64,000 nucleotides of DNA from Pecten maximus (GCF_902652985.1 NC_047022.1:1302001-1366000); one strand, 5' to 3'. Shown: positions 1-13,399, numbered from the stretch's first letter. A program made the numbers and translations. The notes: generated by a model not told the origin, from the sequence alone.

Positions 1-601
1 CACAGACAAAGGCTTGTGTTCAACAATGGGAATGGCTATATTGTAGCGCGGCAAATTAAAAAAAAACAACATATTTTTTAACTCTGAGTCACAAATTCTG
101 TTCAGCTCTACAGGCCAAACACGACATACTGCTTTTCTAAATAATATTATACGCGGCAGACGAATAAACAGTGTAAAAAGGTATATGAGTATTTTACTTC
201 AATACTTCTTAAGGTTTCTTTTTTAAAAGCATTATTCTAAAAAGTCCAAAGTGTGGCAAGTTGACAAGTGTCGTTTATCCATATTATATTATGTTACAAA
301 ACTTTAATTTAACTTTCTATATTTGGACCCAAATGTGATAACCATTTTGATAAGCCAAAATAGAGAAAGTGAAATATTGATTGATTGATCGGTTGTTATT
401 ATATGTACAACATTAATAACTGTTCTTGTAGCAATTGCATATACTGATGCTTTGTAACAAATGTGTGTAACATTTTCATTGACAAAATTGCCATGCTTTT
501 CTATCAATGTGACATAAGCCTTGTAACATTGAACTGAAAGCTTATCACCGTCTGGTTCAGCTTCAAAACATTGGTGTTTGGCATGGCCAAGTGTCTTCTG
601 A

Positions 602-2330
602 TCACATGATCCACCTAAGTGGTATTAAATTTAGCCATTGTGAAAAAGTGTCTAAGATATGCTTAGGGTATACAGGTGTTGGGAAAACCACACTGTAGTA
701 CTGTAGTAGCTTGACTTTTCCACCCCTACACACTGTATATAGCGCATCCTCCCTGTCTACACCGACAGCATATACCTCGTAGATATCTGTGTGTAAGACC
801 CTGAGGAACTCGCCATGCCCACTGAGGAGTAGGACACGGTTGTTATTATAGTCCCCTATGATAATGTTACCTGCATTGTCAACACCACATCCCGGGGCTC
901 AAATGGTTTATCTCCCGACTGTGATGTTGGTTGATAAGTATCAGGGACTTCACCATCATATACAAACAGTTCCTTGAAATGTGTGTCCATGACAACAAGC
1001 ATGTGTTGATTTCCGTCACAACAAACACTTTCATCGTTCAAGACAATCATTGCAAGGTTGTGGGTTAGCCGACACTCTGACACTCTGTATGGTAAACTAA
1101 CTAATGGCTCGCCAGCCGCTGTAGCCGAGGTTGTAGGTAACAATTCACCTTTCGTGGTGAATTTTGAGATTTGTCCGGCCATCCCCACAATAACATGGTT
1201 ACTGGCTGTAATACAGATACACTCTGGTTTCTCATAGGTACTGAATCTGTGTTCCAGCCGTCCTGACACGAGCTCTGAGATATTGTGTTCCCAGTCGCAG
1301 GCCCACAGCGTGTTGGTTATGGGTGACAGACTGATGTCCCAGATCCTAGTATCGTGTTTGACCTCCTGTATTGTATTCCCTTCCCTGTCAAAGAGAGTTA
1401 GTGAATCACGGTAGTTGTCACATGTCCACAATTGGTCATCCATATTTGGGCATGCAGATGAAATTTGACATCGAGACGTCCACTCCCGAAACTGTTTCGT
1501 CTTTGTCAAAAGGGTGTATATAGGACCAAATTCTTCCTTTCTTTTCTTTGATCGTTGTTGAACAGGCGGCGTCTGAAACTTCTGCGAAGGCTGCTGTGAT
1601 GTAGTAGACAGTCGTTCTCCAGATGACCCAACTAACCGATCATTCCCATGTGGCACTCGACCCTGACTCTGAGCCGAGATGGTGACTTCTCCTAAGGCCT
1701 TTTTCAGGCATTCTCCGGGAGTTCTGTTCGGTGTGAATGTAGCCATACCAAGGGTAGGTTGTAGGGGAATATTGACAGGGTAATGGATATCATATCCAAC
1801 GTTAAAGTGAGAACCACGCTGAAGTGCTTTCTTACATTCCTGTACTTTTTGTTCAAGATCTGTCCTGTACGTTTCCAGGTCCCGTTTGTAGGTTTGTAGT
1901 AACTTGGCATTGTCCTCCTCCATTTGTTTATAGAGAGACAAAGTCTGGGTCGACAGCAGGTCAAGTTCCTCTTTTAATTTGTTATTCTGGGTCTTTACCT
2001 TTTGTGACAACTTGTCAAATATACTAACGTTTTCCTTTAAATGGTCATCGGTTGAGGCAATATATTGGTTTATTTGTACTAGGTCAACATTCTCTGTTTT
2101 GTCTATAAAGTCTTGTATATCTTGTTTCTTCTGAGAAGCCAGTTCATCAAGCAAACACAATGTATGGTGTTTATGTGATATTTCTGAGCATTTAATGCAA
2201 ATAAGTTCCTTGCATTATGTACAGTAAAGTTCTATTTGTTTCCCTTTATGGTAGAAACAAAAGGTTCGATCTGTCATGCGGGCAGGAATTGAAACTTTTT
2301 TGTCTGTCAGAGCCTCGGTTTCATTTCCAT
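602..2330 (-). pseudogene. Terminal exon of a TRIM-like gene (B-box, coiled coil, NHL/beta-propeller), disrupted
   Basis: Acceptor tttcag precedes 2330 (phase 1). Translation DGNETEALTDKKVSIPARMTDRTFCFYHKGKQIELYCT*CKELICIKCSEISHKHHTLCLL is a B-box with an in-frame TAA at 2215-2217. Coiled coil and NHL-like blades follow (ORF 856-2160). A 1-nt frameshift near 881 separates PRDVV from DNAGNIIIGDYNNNRVLLLSGHGEFLR...KLLQYY, with a stop at 602-604. Confidence 0.85.
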
Positions 2331-2519
2331 CTGAAATCAGTTAAAAGATGAAAATATGTCTTATTGGCATTCGATACTGAAAACAATGAGTTTGGTAAAG
2401 AAGTAAACTGGAATTATCAGGAACGTTTTAAACGCTTATAACTTCATTTCGATCTCAATGAAAACTTTCATAGTGTACAGTTAATTATTAAAGTCTTATT
2501 AACAGTACACCATTGTTAG

Positions 2520-3090
2520 AATTCAGAAAATGATAAGTATATCGGACGGCTGTGGACCAAAGGAGTAATATAAACGGTAATTATCCATATAACACTGGAT
2601 CCTTGTAAAGATTTGTCCGCCGGATACGAATTATTTAAAAAGTTGATATGGGGCAAAAAAGTAATTCTTATAGTGTGAATAATGTAAAATGTCAAATTGT
2701 CGAGGCAATCCGCCCCTGCACCAAGACACAAAAACACATGATACAAACAGTACTAGAAAATACAATAGCATACAGTAATAGTAGTAGTTTTGGTAGAGCA
2801 GTTGAAATAACAACCATGAACCCTTTAGCTGGCTCGGGCCGAAGGTGGTGGCTAGCTTGACATGTACAAAGTTATGTACCATGATGGAACGCTATGTGAC
2901 CAACGGCCAAGGCATTTGAAAATATCCAGCGCATGGAAAAGCCGAAGTGTTGAGAGATGTTTCGTCCCAAAATGATTACATATGGATGCAGCGTATAGCA
3001 ACTGGTGGACGACATTACATAAATACTTGATGGATTATCGTTCATGAAATGGTAATGGATATAAACATATATTGGGTGTAAAGTCTAGAG
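2520..3090 (-). mobile_element. Penelope-like element terminal (pLTR) fragment
   Basis: Visibly similar, in the same orientation, to 52560-52960, which adjoins Penelope-type coding sequence. Contains a degenerate hammerhead-like motif near 2690-2730. Boundaries approximate. Confidence 0.55.
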
Positions 3091-3489
3091 AACTCTCAAA
3101 ATATCATGTAAAGAATCAAATTGGCCAATGTCCCTTCGAACAGAGTTATACATTTTTTAGGACTGTACTCTCTGGATAGATATATACGTGTAAGACAATC
3201 AAGTCTAGCTTTAGTGATGATAGCAATTAAAATTGTTGAGCAATTTCGAGTCCGACTTTGAGAGATTGAAGCCCTGCTGGCACAAGAGTAAAAAAAGGAA
3301 CAGAAACAAAACTTGGCGGTGGCTAGCGTGAAATGTGCAAAGACAAAAGGGTTTATGAATACATTTTAATTTATAAGCCATTTTTAACAGATTCGACCAG
3401 AAGAAAAGACACAAAGCCTTCATTACAGTGATGAACGCTCAACTTCAGGTCGCAAGTGAGGCAGTGTCAAGACAGACATTTGGAATGTC

Positions 3490-3685
3490 GACATAATAAC
3501 GAAACCGCGATTAGAAACCCCAAACCAACAGAGAATACCGACATAATAACGAAACCGTAATTCTAACTCAAAATAATACAGGGAATACCGACAAAATAAC
3601 GAAACAGTTATTCGAACTAAAAAAACAAACAGAATACCGACATAATAACGAAACCATAATTCTAACTCAAAAATAACAGAGAATA
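3490..3685. repeat. About 50-bp degenerate tandem repeat, ~4 copies
   Basis: Recurring GAATACCGACATAATAACGAAACC motif. Confidence 0.7.
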
Positions 3686-3694
3686 TATAACGTT

Positions 3695-4790
3695 CTTTTG
3701 TGCCAATGGTATATTTCATTCATTCCAGGTTTGTCATTTACCTGTAAACGACAAAAATAAAAATAAAATAAAAAGAATAAAACGACACACCAGAAAATGG
3801 TTTATCTGATGTCAGTTGGTTCGGTTACCACAAAAAATAGTCAAACGACAGAACGTTATATGTAAAAAAAAATAATATGATTGTTGTATGTGCCGCATGA
3901 AAAGCAACAGGTGCTGCAAACAGAGCAACAGGTGCCTCAACGGCAAATACAAGACTTTGTCTTCAAGCATTCATATATTTGAACATCTGTCTAGCTAATG
4001 TTGAGGTTTGTAATTTATCAACAGGATTGTTGAACAGTGCAAGGTAATGGCAGTTCATTGTCTGAAAAGGATCTTTGCTAAAATTACAGATTCTTTTTGA
4101 TTGCTATATTACTGATAGCTTTCTATGATGACTTCCTCCTGTGAATAGCTCATTGATAAACTCATTATTACGAGGATCTTTTGAAGCTGAAGACAAGATA
4201 TCATCTTTCACGATCTGGTTTCTCACGATAATGTCTAGAAATGAGTCCTGGTCTATATATATATATGGATTCCTTGTATGAACTCTACTTCTGGTGAAAC
4301 AGTTGTCTTGATAACATCACACAGAGGCTGACATCTTTTATAAAGCCATATGATTCACTGTGGTGGAAGTGAATTATATCTGTGCAGTGTTGATGGAGCA
4401 TCTTGACTAAAAACGTTTTCCCACAGTCGGCCCGGAAATGTTTGTCGTAAATGAATGCTTGAAGACAAAGTCTTGTATATTCCATCGAGACACCTGTTGC
4501 TCTTTATGCGGCACCTGCGGAAACACTAGCGACTTATTTTGGTACTTGTTCTCATGGTGTGGACTGTTTGATTTAATACATACATTTCATCTGTGTTTTA
4601 TTTTGATCGATGCTTATCCTTCCATCTGTGCCGCAAAAAGTGATTTACCAAGAGCATTTTTTGTGGTAACTGAACCAACTGATAAACCATTTTCTTTTGT
4701 GTCGTTTTATTTTTTCAATTTATTTTTTATCTGTCTTGTTTACGGGTAAATGATAAATCTGGAATGAATGAAACATTGGCACAAAAAAAA
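3695..4790. repeat. Fold-back structure with long imperfect inverted arms
   Basis: 3695-3840 is the reverse complement of ~4655-4790, and 3900-3975 of ~4450-4520. Confidence 0.7.
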
Positions 4791-5544
4791 TTGGCCTATA
4801 ATAGTTGTGATGTAAATGAATCAGCTGTACAATTTTAGGGGAACGTTACAGCTAAACGTAAAGTGAGGTAGGCTCACTTCCTACCTTACAGGGGAATTCG
4901 ATCCTTTGATCTGACCCTCTTGGATGCTCTTGAGGAGAGCGTATTATATAGGGATATATGAACGTTTGTCTGTCTTGTTGTTTTCGGCTGATTGAATTAC
5001 CGTTGATCATGATAAGAAGGGACCTTTCTAAACATTACCTGACGCTATTCATAAGTATTTAAATACAATAAGTTTTTGCCCACTTGATAATTCCTTTTAA
5101 ACTGTTGTACAGAGGATATAGATACCTATAATCACTGTCAAACTGCCTTGTCACCAAACTCTGAACGCCACCATAAACTGTCTGCCAGCATATCTGACCC
5201 GCCACCATAAACTGCTTCCGCCATATCTGGACCTGCCACCATATCTGGACCTGACCTGTCATGACCGTGATCATGACCCCTTGACCTATGACCCTTGACC
5301 TAACTCAATAAACTGTCACCATACATACACCCTTGCTGCTGATAACGAAATCGTAATAATAACTCAAAAAAGCTAAAACATAAATCCATCCATGTGATTT
5401 CATTGTGCCGGATAAAATATTGATAATATTCATATAACTCATATTTGTCTCTAAATACATTTGTGGTAATGCATAGACAAAAATGCAGATCATATGATGA
5501 AGAGATGAACTTTTGTTCACCATTTGAAATAAAATAATATTTAC

Positions 5545-5844
5545 CGGATTGTAGAGACAGGACCGTCATGTTACTCAAACCAGTTCCGTTACAGTTGGTA
5601 GCTGTACACAGGTACTGTCCGTGATCGCCGATGGTTGTTTTACGGATAATTAATGTTGGAGAAAGAATTGAGCCTCCAAAGTACTGTTTGTTGTCAAATT
5701 CTATTGGAATGTCTTCATCGTCTTCTTTTTTAAACCACTGAATTGATGTAACTTCTGGTGAGCTGATGACGTAGGTTTGGATGATTGCCGTTTTCCCGAC
5801 GGGAACAGTGAACTGGCTATGACTGATGTTTACATATGGAGAAC
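5545..5844 (-). CDS. Exon encoding Ig domain 2 (I-set-like); largely missed by the ORF track
   Basis: GSPYVNISHSQFTVPVGKTAIIQTYV...IQWFK...YFGGSILSPTLIIRKTTIGDHGQYLCTATN. 300 nt, phase 1-1. Confidence 0.85.
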
Positions 5845-8800
5845 CTAATAAAGGACATATCCATTAAATATACATTTAAAGTAAGGTGAAACATATCATC
5901 ATACACTGCCATTCACACAATTTTGATTTGTTGAAACATTGTAAGTGTATCAGAAACTTTAAATGTTCAATTTCTAGGGGGCATATTATCATAATAATCA
6001 ACAAATACATTACACTCTAAGAACTATCTCTTCAAAAAAAAATGTTTTTCTGTGAAAATACATGTAGATGTCAATTTATCAAAAATTCTAAAAATAACAT
6101 TATATAGGTAAAATGTTGCATTTTAAGGATGTGCAGACCATCAATAACCGGATCAACTATTTGAAGAATAAAAAGGCAAAACCAAAGGAAGTTAACAGAC
6201 AAAAATATAATACATGTACATACTATTTGAATGACATCTTTTGAATTTCAAAACATTTTCATTGTGTATACAGATAGAAAATTACGGATGGTACTGTTTA
6301 TATAAACACGATGTAAATGTAACCTGGACCAGTTCATGAATCTGATGATAATAATATGGCTACTGGTATTAAACAACAATTTTCCCTCATTAAAACTGTG
6401 TCTTCGCAATAGATAATAAGAATACGTGTACCATGCACTGTATTGAAGGAATGATATTTGAAACAAAAAATGTACATGCACAGCTGTAAAATTGCAATTA
6501 ACCGATGGGAAACTTACTAGCTTTAACTGCATGCTGTGTTGTTATCTGTAAATTATCTTGTTCTAACACTGTGTGTGATTCGTCCATTAATTGTATTGGA
6601 TTCGATTGTAAGGATACACATGTCATGTTTGGTAATGAGAAACACATTTGAAACGTTAAAAGTGCTGTAAACGGTGATTTACCAGTAGGAAAATATGCCA
6701 GAAAATGTATTGGATACTTAGTGTTCACAAGCTGTACAGGTGTACTTACCATCCTCTGGTGTAGTTTCTGGTGTTATCTCGAAACTGTCCTTGACTATTT
6801 GTAACACTGTCTGTGATTCGTCAGTTAGCTGTATGGTGCCACCTTCCAATAGATAATGTTTAAACTCTTCAGCGAGATGTAGAGAAGATGGCTCTGATGC
6901 ACTCCTAGCAGCAGTGATATCTAAACATACTTGGATGCATTCTGAAAAAAAATGTTGCCACGTAAACAAATAGGTGATGAAAACACCAAAATATGAAATC
7001 AACTTATGCTGGGTTCTTTTCTTTTCGTGTTTAATTCCGTTCATATGCATGTTCTAATTAAGCGTACATTAATACATACTTTTTTTCAATTTAGCTTTCC
7101 GCAAATGTCGTGACTGACGTGTTACTCTTGTAAATGTGTCAGAAATATCCTTTTGTGACGCTTGTCTTGTAATGTCAATGTCATTGTTCACATTGAAAAA
7201 CATCCGGCTACCTTGGTCGGTTTGGCAAACAGTGGCTTCAAACAAACAATTTAATACATTACCAAATATATAAAATTTCAAATAAAGCAATACAACTTGC
7301 TTTCAATGAAAGAATTCAAATGTTGAGCATATAACGACCAGATTAACAGATTGACTATCCCAGAATGTAGGTACTATATTTTTGTCTGTGTGTATACATT
7401 TTATTATATCTGAAATGATCACTGTTAACACATAGCGTACCTCTTTTACCGCCAGCAGGCTGTGAATGATCTTCTGTTTCACTGAAATGAAAAATACATT
7501 GTACTCATCAAATATATATTAAACTTGATGTCCCATAACGGAAATTGCAAACAAAGATGGAAGGAAGAACTGAATATTTACTCCTGTTTTAAAACATTTA
7601 AAAAAAAAAAAATAGTTTAAGCTATAATTCTTTTCTGAAATAAAAACAAAATTTGATTTCTTCATTCAAACATGAATCATAAATAAACTCGAATTTAATA
7701 TATGATTTATACTCGTCAATTCGAATTTATCCCCGTCAATTCTTACATCAATAAATTCTAATTTAAAATAGCATCCCCCGTCAATTCTTACATCAATAAA
7801 CTCGAATTTAATACATCATTCACTCCCCCCCCCCCCCCCGACCCCCCACCACCACCCCTGTCAATCTCTACATAACATGCATACATTGTTTGATTTAGAT
7901 CTTTCAGCAAGAAGGAAACTAAACAAACAAAATTAGCCGAATAAAATGTAAAACCAGAAAAAGACAAAGTAGAAAAATGAGTTAAATTATACCTGGTTTA
8001 GGTTGTTTCAAAATTGCTTGCAATACATAAGTTCAGACTAGGTGAAATGCAATGAACATTATCATGACATGAAATTTCGTCATTTATTCATTTATTTTTA
8101 AATCAAATCAGTCGCCATAATTATAAAATTGCTGTTTGTCAACTGCATGGGCCTCTTACTGCGTTAAGGACGTACACCGGATGAGCTTCAAAGAGACAGG
8201 AATACGATTTGTTATAAATTACCCCTAGCTGTGAATGATACTAATACATATTGTCATATAGTGACTGTAATGTCAAGATATAGAGCAATGTCACTGGGGA
8301 CATTTCTTTCAATTAATTAAGTAAAATGTCAGCAAAATTTGAACAAAATCAACAAAATCTAAATTTCAGCCAATCAGAATCACTTAGTGCTAATCAACGA
8401 AATAATGCTCGTATTGTCAAAATGAACCTAAAATCAAATATCAAAACTTTCAGTCAATTAGAAACGACTTCAAACTAGTTGCCATTTTACTTAACCAGCT
8501 ACAAGAAATCAAATAAATGTTGTAAAATCTTATCCACAGATCAAATCTGAATGTATTCTGACCAATCTGTATCTGTACATATCATGGCAATTATTTCATC
8601 AGCACGAAAACGGCTAGGTGCCCTGGACTTGAGGCTTTTAGGTTACGTCGACTCACATCCTGCATTTGTGTCTTTTTCGTCATTCGCCTCATACTACTCA
8701 TAACAAGAAAACGCAGGCGCTCCTAAATTTGAGGTATATGATATATCAAGTGAAAAGGGGGAGGGAGGGGTACAATGTGCACACCTGTAATTATATTTAC

Positions 8801-10900
8801 TCATTATGGCGTGTACATTCTGTCTGTCTGTCTATGGTTGGGAAGTAAATAAGGACTGTGTGAGAATATATTAGAGCGGCATTATTGCCATATCACAAAT
8901 AAATACATCTACAAAAATGTACATGTACCAGCAGAGCAGAAATTCTGATGAGAATTTCAAAAAAATGAGGGAGCGTAGAGTACCTTTTGGAGCGTTTCCT
9001 TCCCCGAGACAATTCATTGGAATCTGATCCACTAGCGGGGGCCTGTTCACTGTTTTCGTTTTCTTTATTTGATTCTGAAATAATAATTGTCCAATACCAT
9101 TATATATATATTGATCCAAATTTAGAATTCAAATATATCTTCGGTGGTTAAAATTTTATCAGATGTTTTAATTTGATGTTGATTAAAACAATCGCATCAA
9201 ATGGATCGCAATCCGGCTTACAAATGGCAAAAATAGTTTTCTATATATCCGCAATTAATATCTAAAAAGGCTGAAATTATATAAAGACGTTTTTCTCTAT
9301 CACTTTGTTACATTTTTTGCCATGGTTTTTGTTCATGTTATCGTAACCATAACTTTATAAAGTTAAGGAAATGAGTAGTGTTGTAATGTAGTGTTATGAT
9401 AATACAACGCTAATCAAAAATACCTGTTTCTGTATGAATACTCTGCTGGGTCCCTTCAAATTCTGGTTCCGACGGTTGGCTGTAAGTACAATTAAAATAT
9501 AAAGAACGATATCAAATATGTCGTCTTTTATTGTATGATATTACGTGTTTCGCTACAAAATGTATACTATCTAATTCTTGATACTGTATACTCCATTCTT
9601 TAATTACGATGTTTTTAGATCATCTTTATTTATTTGACAATATAACTGAAAAAAAAATGTTACCTGTCAATGGGATCATCGCTTTGCCTCGTCATGTTGA
9701 CCGGAACAACAAAAAGAAATAAATGGAATAATTATTAATAAAATTTATCTGTGTAATATCAGAAATTAACAATTTAACAAACACTGAATGAGAAAGAATT
9801 CATGTTTTCAGGTAGACACGAATGGAAAGAGAAAATAGTCTAAAGATAATTCTCAGTTTGTGATGATAATATATTAACAATGCATTTGTCGCAAAATCGG
9901 CATATACATGTACATAATCTATTAAGACCGAATTCAGTACTTACAATAACTTGTCCATAAATAAAAGATTATACGTATAATGTGCGCGTGTGTGTATTTG
10001 ATACTTACGCACTTTCAGATAGACGATGTCACCATCCACTTCTTTTCGACGGGTTTTTGCCGTGCATTGGTATTTGCCTTCATCCATTGGTTGGTTCGGG
10101 TCTCTTATCACAAGTGTAGGCGTTTTCTCACTATAATAGTACTTCCGATTGTCTATAGGGACTTTTTTCCATGATTGCGTACATTTGTCCTTTCTCCATT
10201 CGATGTATTCTGGTACAGGATGTACTGTACAGTCTAAGAAAGAAGCTTCGGATCCTTCCTTCGTAGTATATACGGGCCTATCCATGGAAATAACTATTTC
10301 TTCTGCAGCAAAAGAGTCATGCATATTGTTGATACAACTTTATCATTTGTTTACTAACTATTGAAACATTTTTGAAATTTTCAAACCTTCTAGAATATTT
10401 TCTATGTTTTAGCTATTGGTCATGCAGGACTAACTGAATTGTATCACCACTAAATGCCAAATTAATGCAATAAAGAAAAGAACATGGTAAGATCAACACA
10501 TTATTTATAAATACACCAATTAAGTGATATACACACACAACCATGTAAACCTCATCAAACCAAATAACGTAAAATGCTACCTACCTTTATCTTCCTTTAG
10601 TTTGAGTATTGTGTTCCGTTCTTTTGTATATCTGTTGACGATTAAACACAGTGACGGTTTTATTCGCTTCAGTTTTGGTATTAATTTTTCATAATTTCCA
10701 TAAGAAATAAATATTTTGTCCATCAGGCAAATAAACAGCTGTTGTACTGTTTCTATTTTTTCCTTATCAGCCGGAGTAAGTGGATCGTCCTCGAGAAGAT
10801 GTTTGAGTTCATCCAGCTCCGGACCTGTCATATTGTCACTCAACTCCAAAACCATGTTGTTATGAATACTAATAACCTCGGTAGGCATGTTTGTAGCCAT
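5545..10900 (-). CDS. DED-like + Ig + linker + Ig multi-exon cassette, copy 1 (exon 3 acceptor deleted)
   Basis: Phase-consistent GT-AG exons: 10900-10585 (ATG, DED-like), 10302-10009 (Ig), remnant ~9697-9664, 9479-9424, 9074-8984, 7481-7441, 7235-7080, 6941-6750, 6664-6518, 5844-5545 (Ig). The last exon ends in phase 1, matching the TRIM-like exon at 2330. Confidence 0.75.
10009..10302 (-). CDS. Exon encoding Ig domain 1 (I-set-like)
   Basis: C...IEWRK...PTLVI...DEGKYQC motif. 294 nt, phase 1-1. Confidence 0.85.
10585..10900 (-). CDS. Exon encoding a death effector domain (DED)-like fold
   Basis: LELSDNMTGPELDELKHLL...LFICLMDKIFISYGNYEKLIPKLKRIKPSL matches the DED helix pattern. Acceptor at 10920/10919, an in-frame stop precedes the ATG, donor G|gtaggt. 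Confidence 0.75.
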
Positions 10901-11272
10901 GCTGGAGGTGGCTTATACTCTGAAAACAAACAAAATATTTCGTCTTTTATTGTTCTTACCTGGTATATTGTATATTACCTTATCTATAAAACATTCGCCA
11001 TTCTGTCTACAGAAAATAGTTGGCTTAATACCGCTATTTGTGTACCTACATTTGTAAGTTATTTTATATAGCTGCGAGTACAAAGTCATAGGGCAATATA
11101 ATGAATTTCGAAAATCACAAATTTAAATCAAAAGAAACACCTTGACACTGTGCTGATCTTGACATATATTTACAATGTTTATCTTAGGTTGAAAACTGTG
11201 CATTAATATCAGTTCAGGAAGTTTGAAAAAAAAAAATATATCGAATGAACTATATTGATCAAAGTGCCAGAT

Positions 11273-11465
11273 CCGTTATATTTTTGTATTATCCACACCG
11301 TTATATTTTTGTATTATCCACACCGTTATATTTTTGTATTATCCACACCGTTATATTTTTGTATTATCCACACCGTTATATTTTTGTATTATCCACACCG
11401 TTATATTTTTGTATTATCCACACCGTTATATTTTTGTATTATCCACACCGTTATATTTTTGTATT
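11273..11465. repeat. 25-bp minisatellite, ~7.7 perfect copies
   Basis: Unit CCGTTATATTTTTGTATTATCCACA. Only ~1.7 copies at the paired locus (~45455-45500). Confidence 0.95.
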
Positions 11466-12290
11466 GCTATCGGAATATCCATAGAGTTAAATCCCGACAA
11501 CATCAAAGGAGATGAAGACAGAACCAATCACAAATATTCCACATCATTTAAGTATAAAAAAATCTGTGTTCCCAGTCAGTTTAGAAATATGAATAAAAAA
11601 ACGCGTATTCGACGGATGAAGGCCATTATTATTATCCCATGAAGTGGCTTTCCAAAGCCGCAATGAAAACGCATCTCGACTAGAGTATATATAAGTTAGG
11701 TCATCTTGTCAACTAACTCATTGAAAAACTTAGTTCAGATCAAGTAGGTAATTTATTTTTCTATATTCTATTTATCTTAAACAGATATTCAATCACCTAA
11801 AAACATGACTCAAACAATGAAATAACAAACAAATACTTCGTGGAATAAGAACGTGTGTTTCTGTGACGATGCGGCGCATGATTAACTAGCATTAGTCTGT
11901 CCATCATATCGGCTAACATATCAATAACTCGAGTCACTGTCAATAACAGAAAGTTATGCTGATTATATGTAAATCAGCACGTGCCATATCTGGATTGTTC
12001 TGAAGGACGGTTTACGTGGCAAGAATAATATTGAGTTTACTAATTATACAGCATTAAACCATTTTGAAAGTTTGAAAAAATATCTTGGACACTATAGGCG
12101 ATTCATGGAATATGTCCAGAAGCCAATGCAATATTGTTATGACCTCATGAAGGTTGAAAAAAGTATTTATGATGAGAACGCAGTATCTGTTGTAGGACTC
12201 TACTTCAGTAAATCTTATAAGTTTACATTGTCATATCCATCTGTCACGATTAGTAATTACAATTTGATGCAGTTGTATTGTAAATTTTGC

Positions 12291-12535
12291 AAACAAGCAT
12301 TCTGAGAGTATTGTTAAAGCAATATATGACCCCTACTGCCCCCGCTTAAAATATAAGTGACCCCTGACCTTGACCCAAAAAATCTTGAAACATTGAAGTT
12401 ACATCATACCTTCAATCACCAACATATCTCGAAGCATGACTGAAAGAAGTGTGGAAACCTGAGTTGACGGACGAACGGACGGACGGACTGGGAGGAAACT
12501 TATACTCCTTTCGGTTTTACCGGTAGGGGACTAAT
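12291..12535 (+). mobile_element. Short Helentron/HINE-like non-autonomous element (paired copy ~44390-44640)
   Basis: AAACAAG start, TGACC motifs, (GGAC)n microsatellite and a terminal hairpin-like end GGGGACTAA. Confidence 0.5.
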
Positions 12536-13399
12536 AAACACTCAGATTAAATCAAACTATCTGAAACACGTTTGATATCAGGTTGAATTTAACGAACGTT
12601 TTGATTCTGAGGTCTAAAAAGGCTCCGAATAATAATAACATTGTGGCGGATCTTTCATAAGTAGTAAACAAAGTTTTTTTTTCTACAATCATGTAAATAG
12701 GAACTTGCCTTCAATGCATGTTGATATTTCTTGACATTCTACCGACATAGACCGCGTGTGAACGCTAGCTACCGCGAGTGCTTTCAGGGAAGTGTCTTTA
12801 GCCGTGTCATCTGAACACACAGTTTAGCCAAGTCTCCTTTTCATTTGTATACAAAAATTAAAAATGATTAAATATGGGAATGGGGCTAACCAGAATTGCC
12901 AGGATAAAACATATTATATAAAGGAAATGTGTATCCTGGAGACTGGTTTACTGCATCAATCAGTTTTAACGGGGATTTTAATAATGATTATCTAATTCCT
13001 AAGTTCTCAACAATGGATATAGTGAAAGGTTTGAAGTTGTGTGCAAGTGTGATATTGTTATTTGCATGCATATCACGTTTGTGTTCATACTCAGATCGAT
13101 CCATAGTCTATAACCCAAAACGGAACTTACCAAATTTATATAGTGATCGACACTACAGAGTAAATGTAAATATCTTACCTTATAGGAGGTGTTTTATATC
13201 TACTACCAAAGCCTGCTGGAAAATGCTGTCATCTCTTCAAGAATACAATTCACTTCACATGTTGATTCATCATGAAATCTCCAGTCATCATTTACACGGT
13301 GTGGAATCCTTTAGAAAATTCAACTACGTGTTCCTCATGTTGAAAGGCAAAGGCATCGTTTGGTAATGTCATGCATCTGCAATAACGAAGTATGTTATT

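Noticed and set aside
8646-8712. Additional candidate cassette exons here and near 7993-8017 and 6323-6437
   Set aside because: They contain stops or do not fit the phase chain, so they are unsupported without transcripts.
12929-13366. 145-aa ORF apparently conserved at 43560-43997
   Set aside because: The conservation only reflects the recent duplication. It has a non-ATG start and no recognisable domain.
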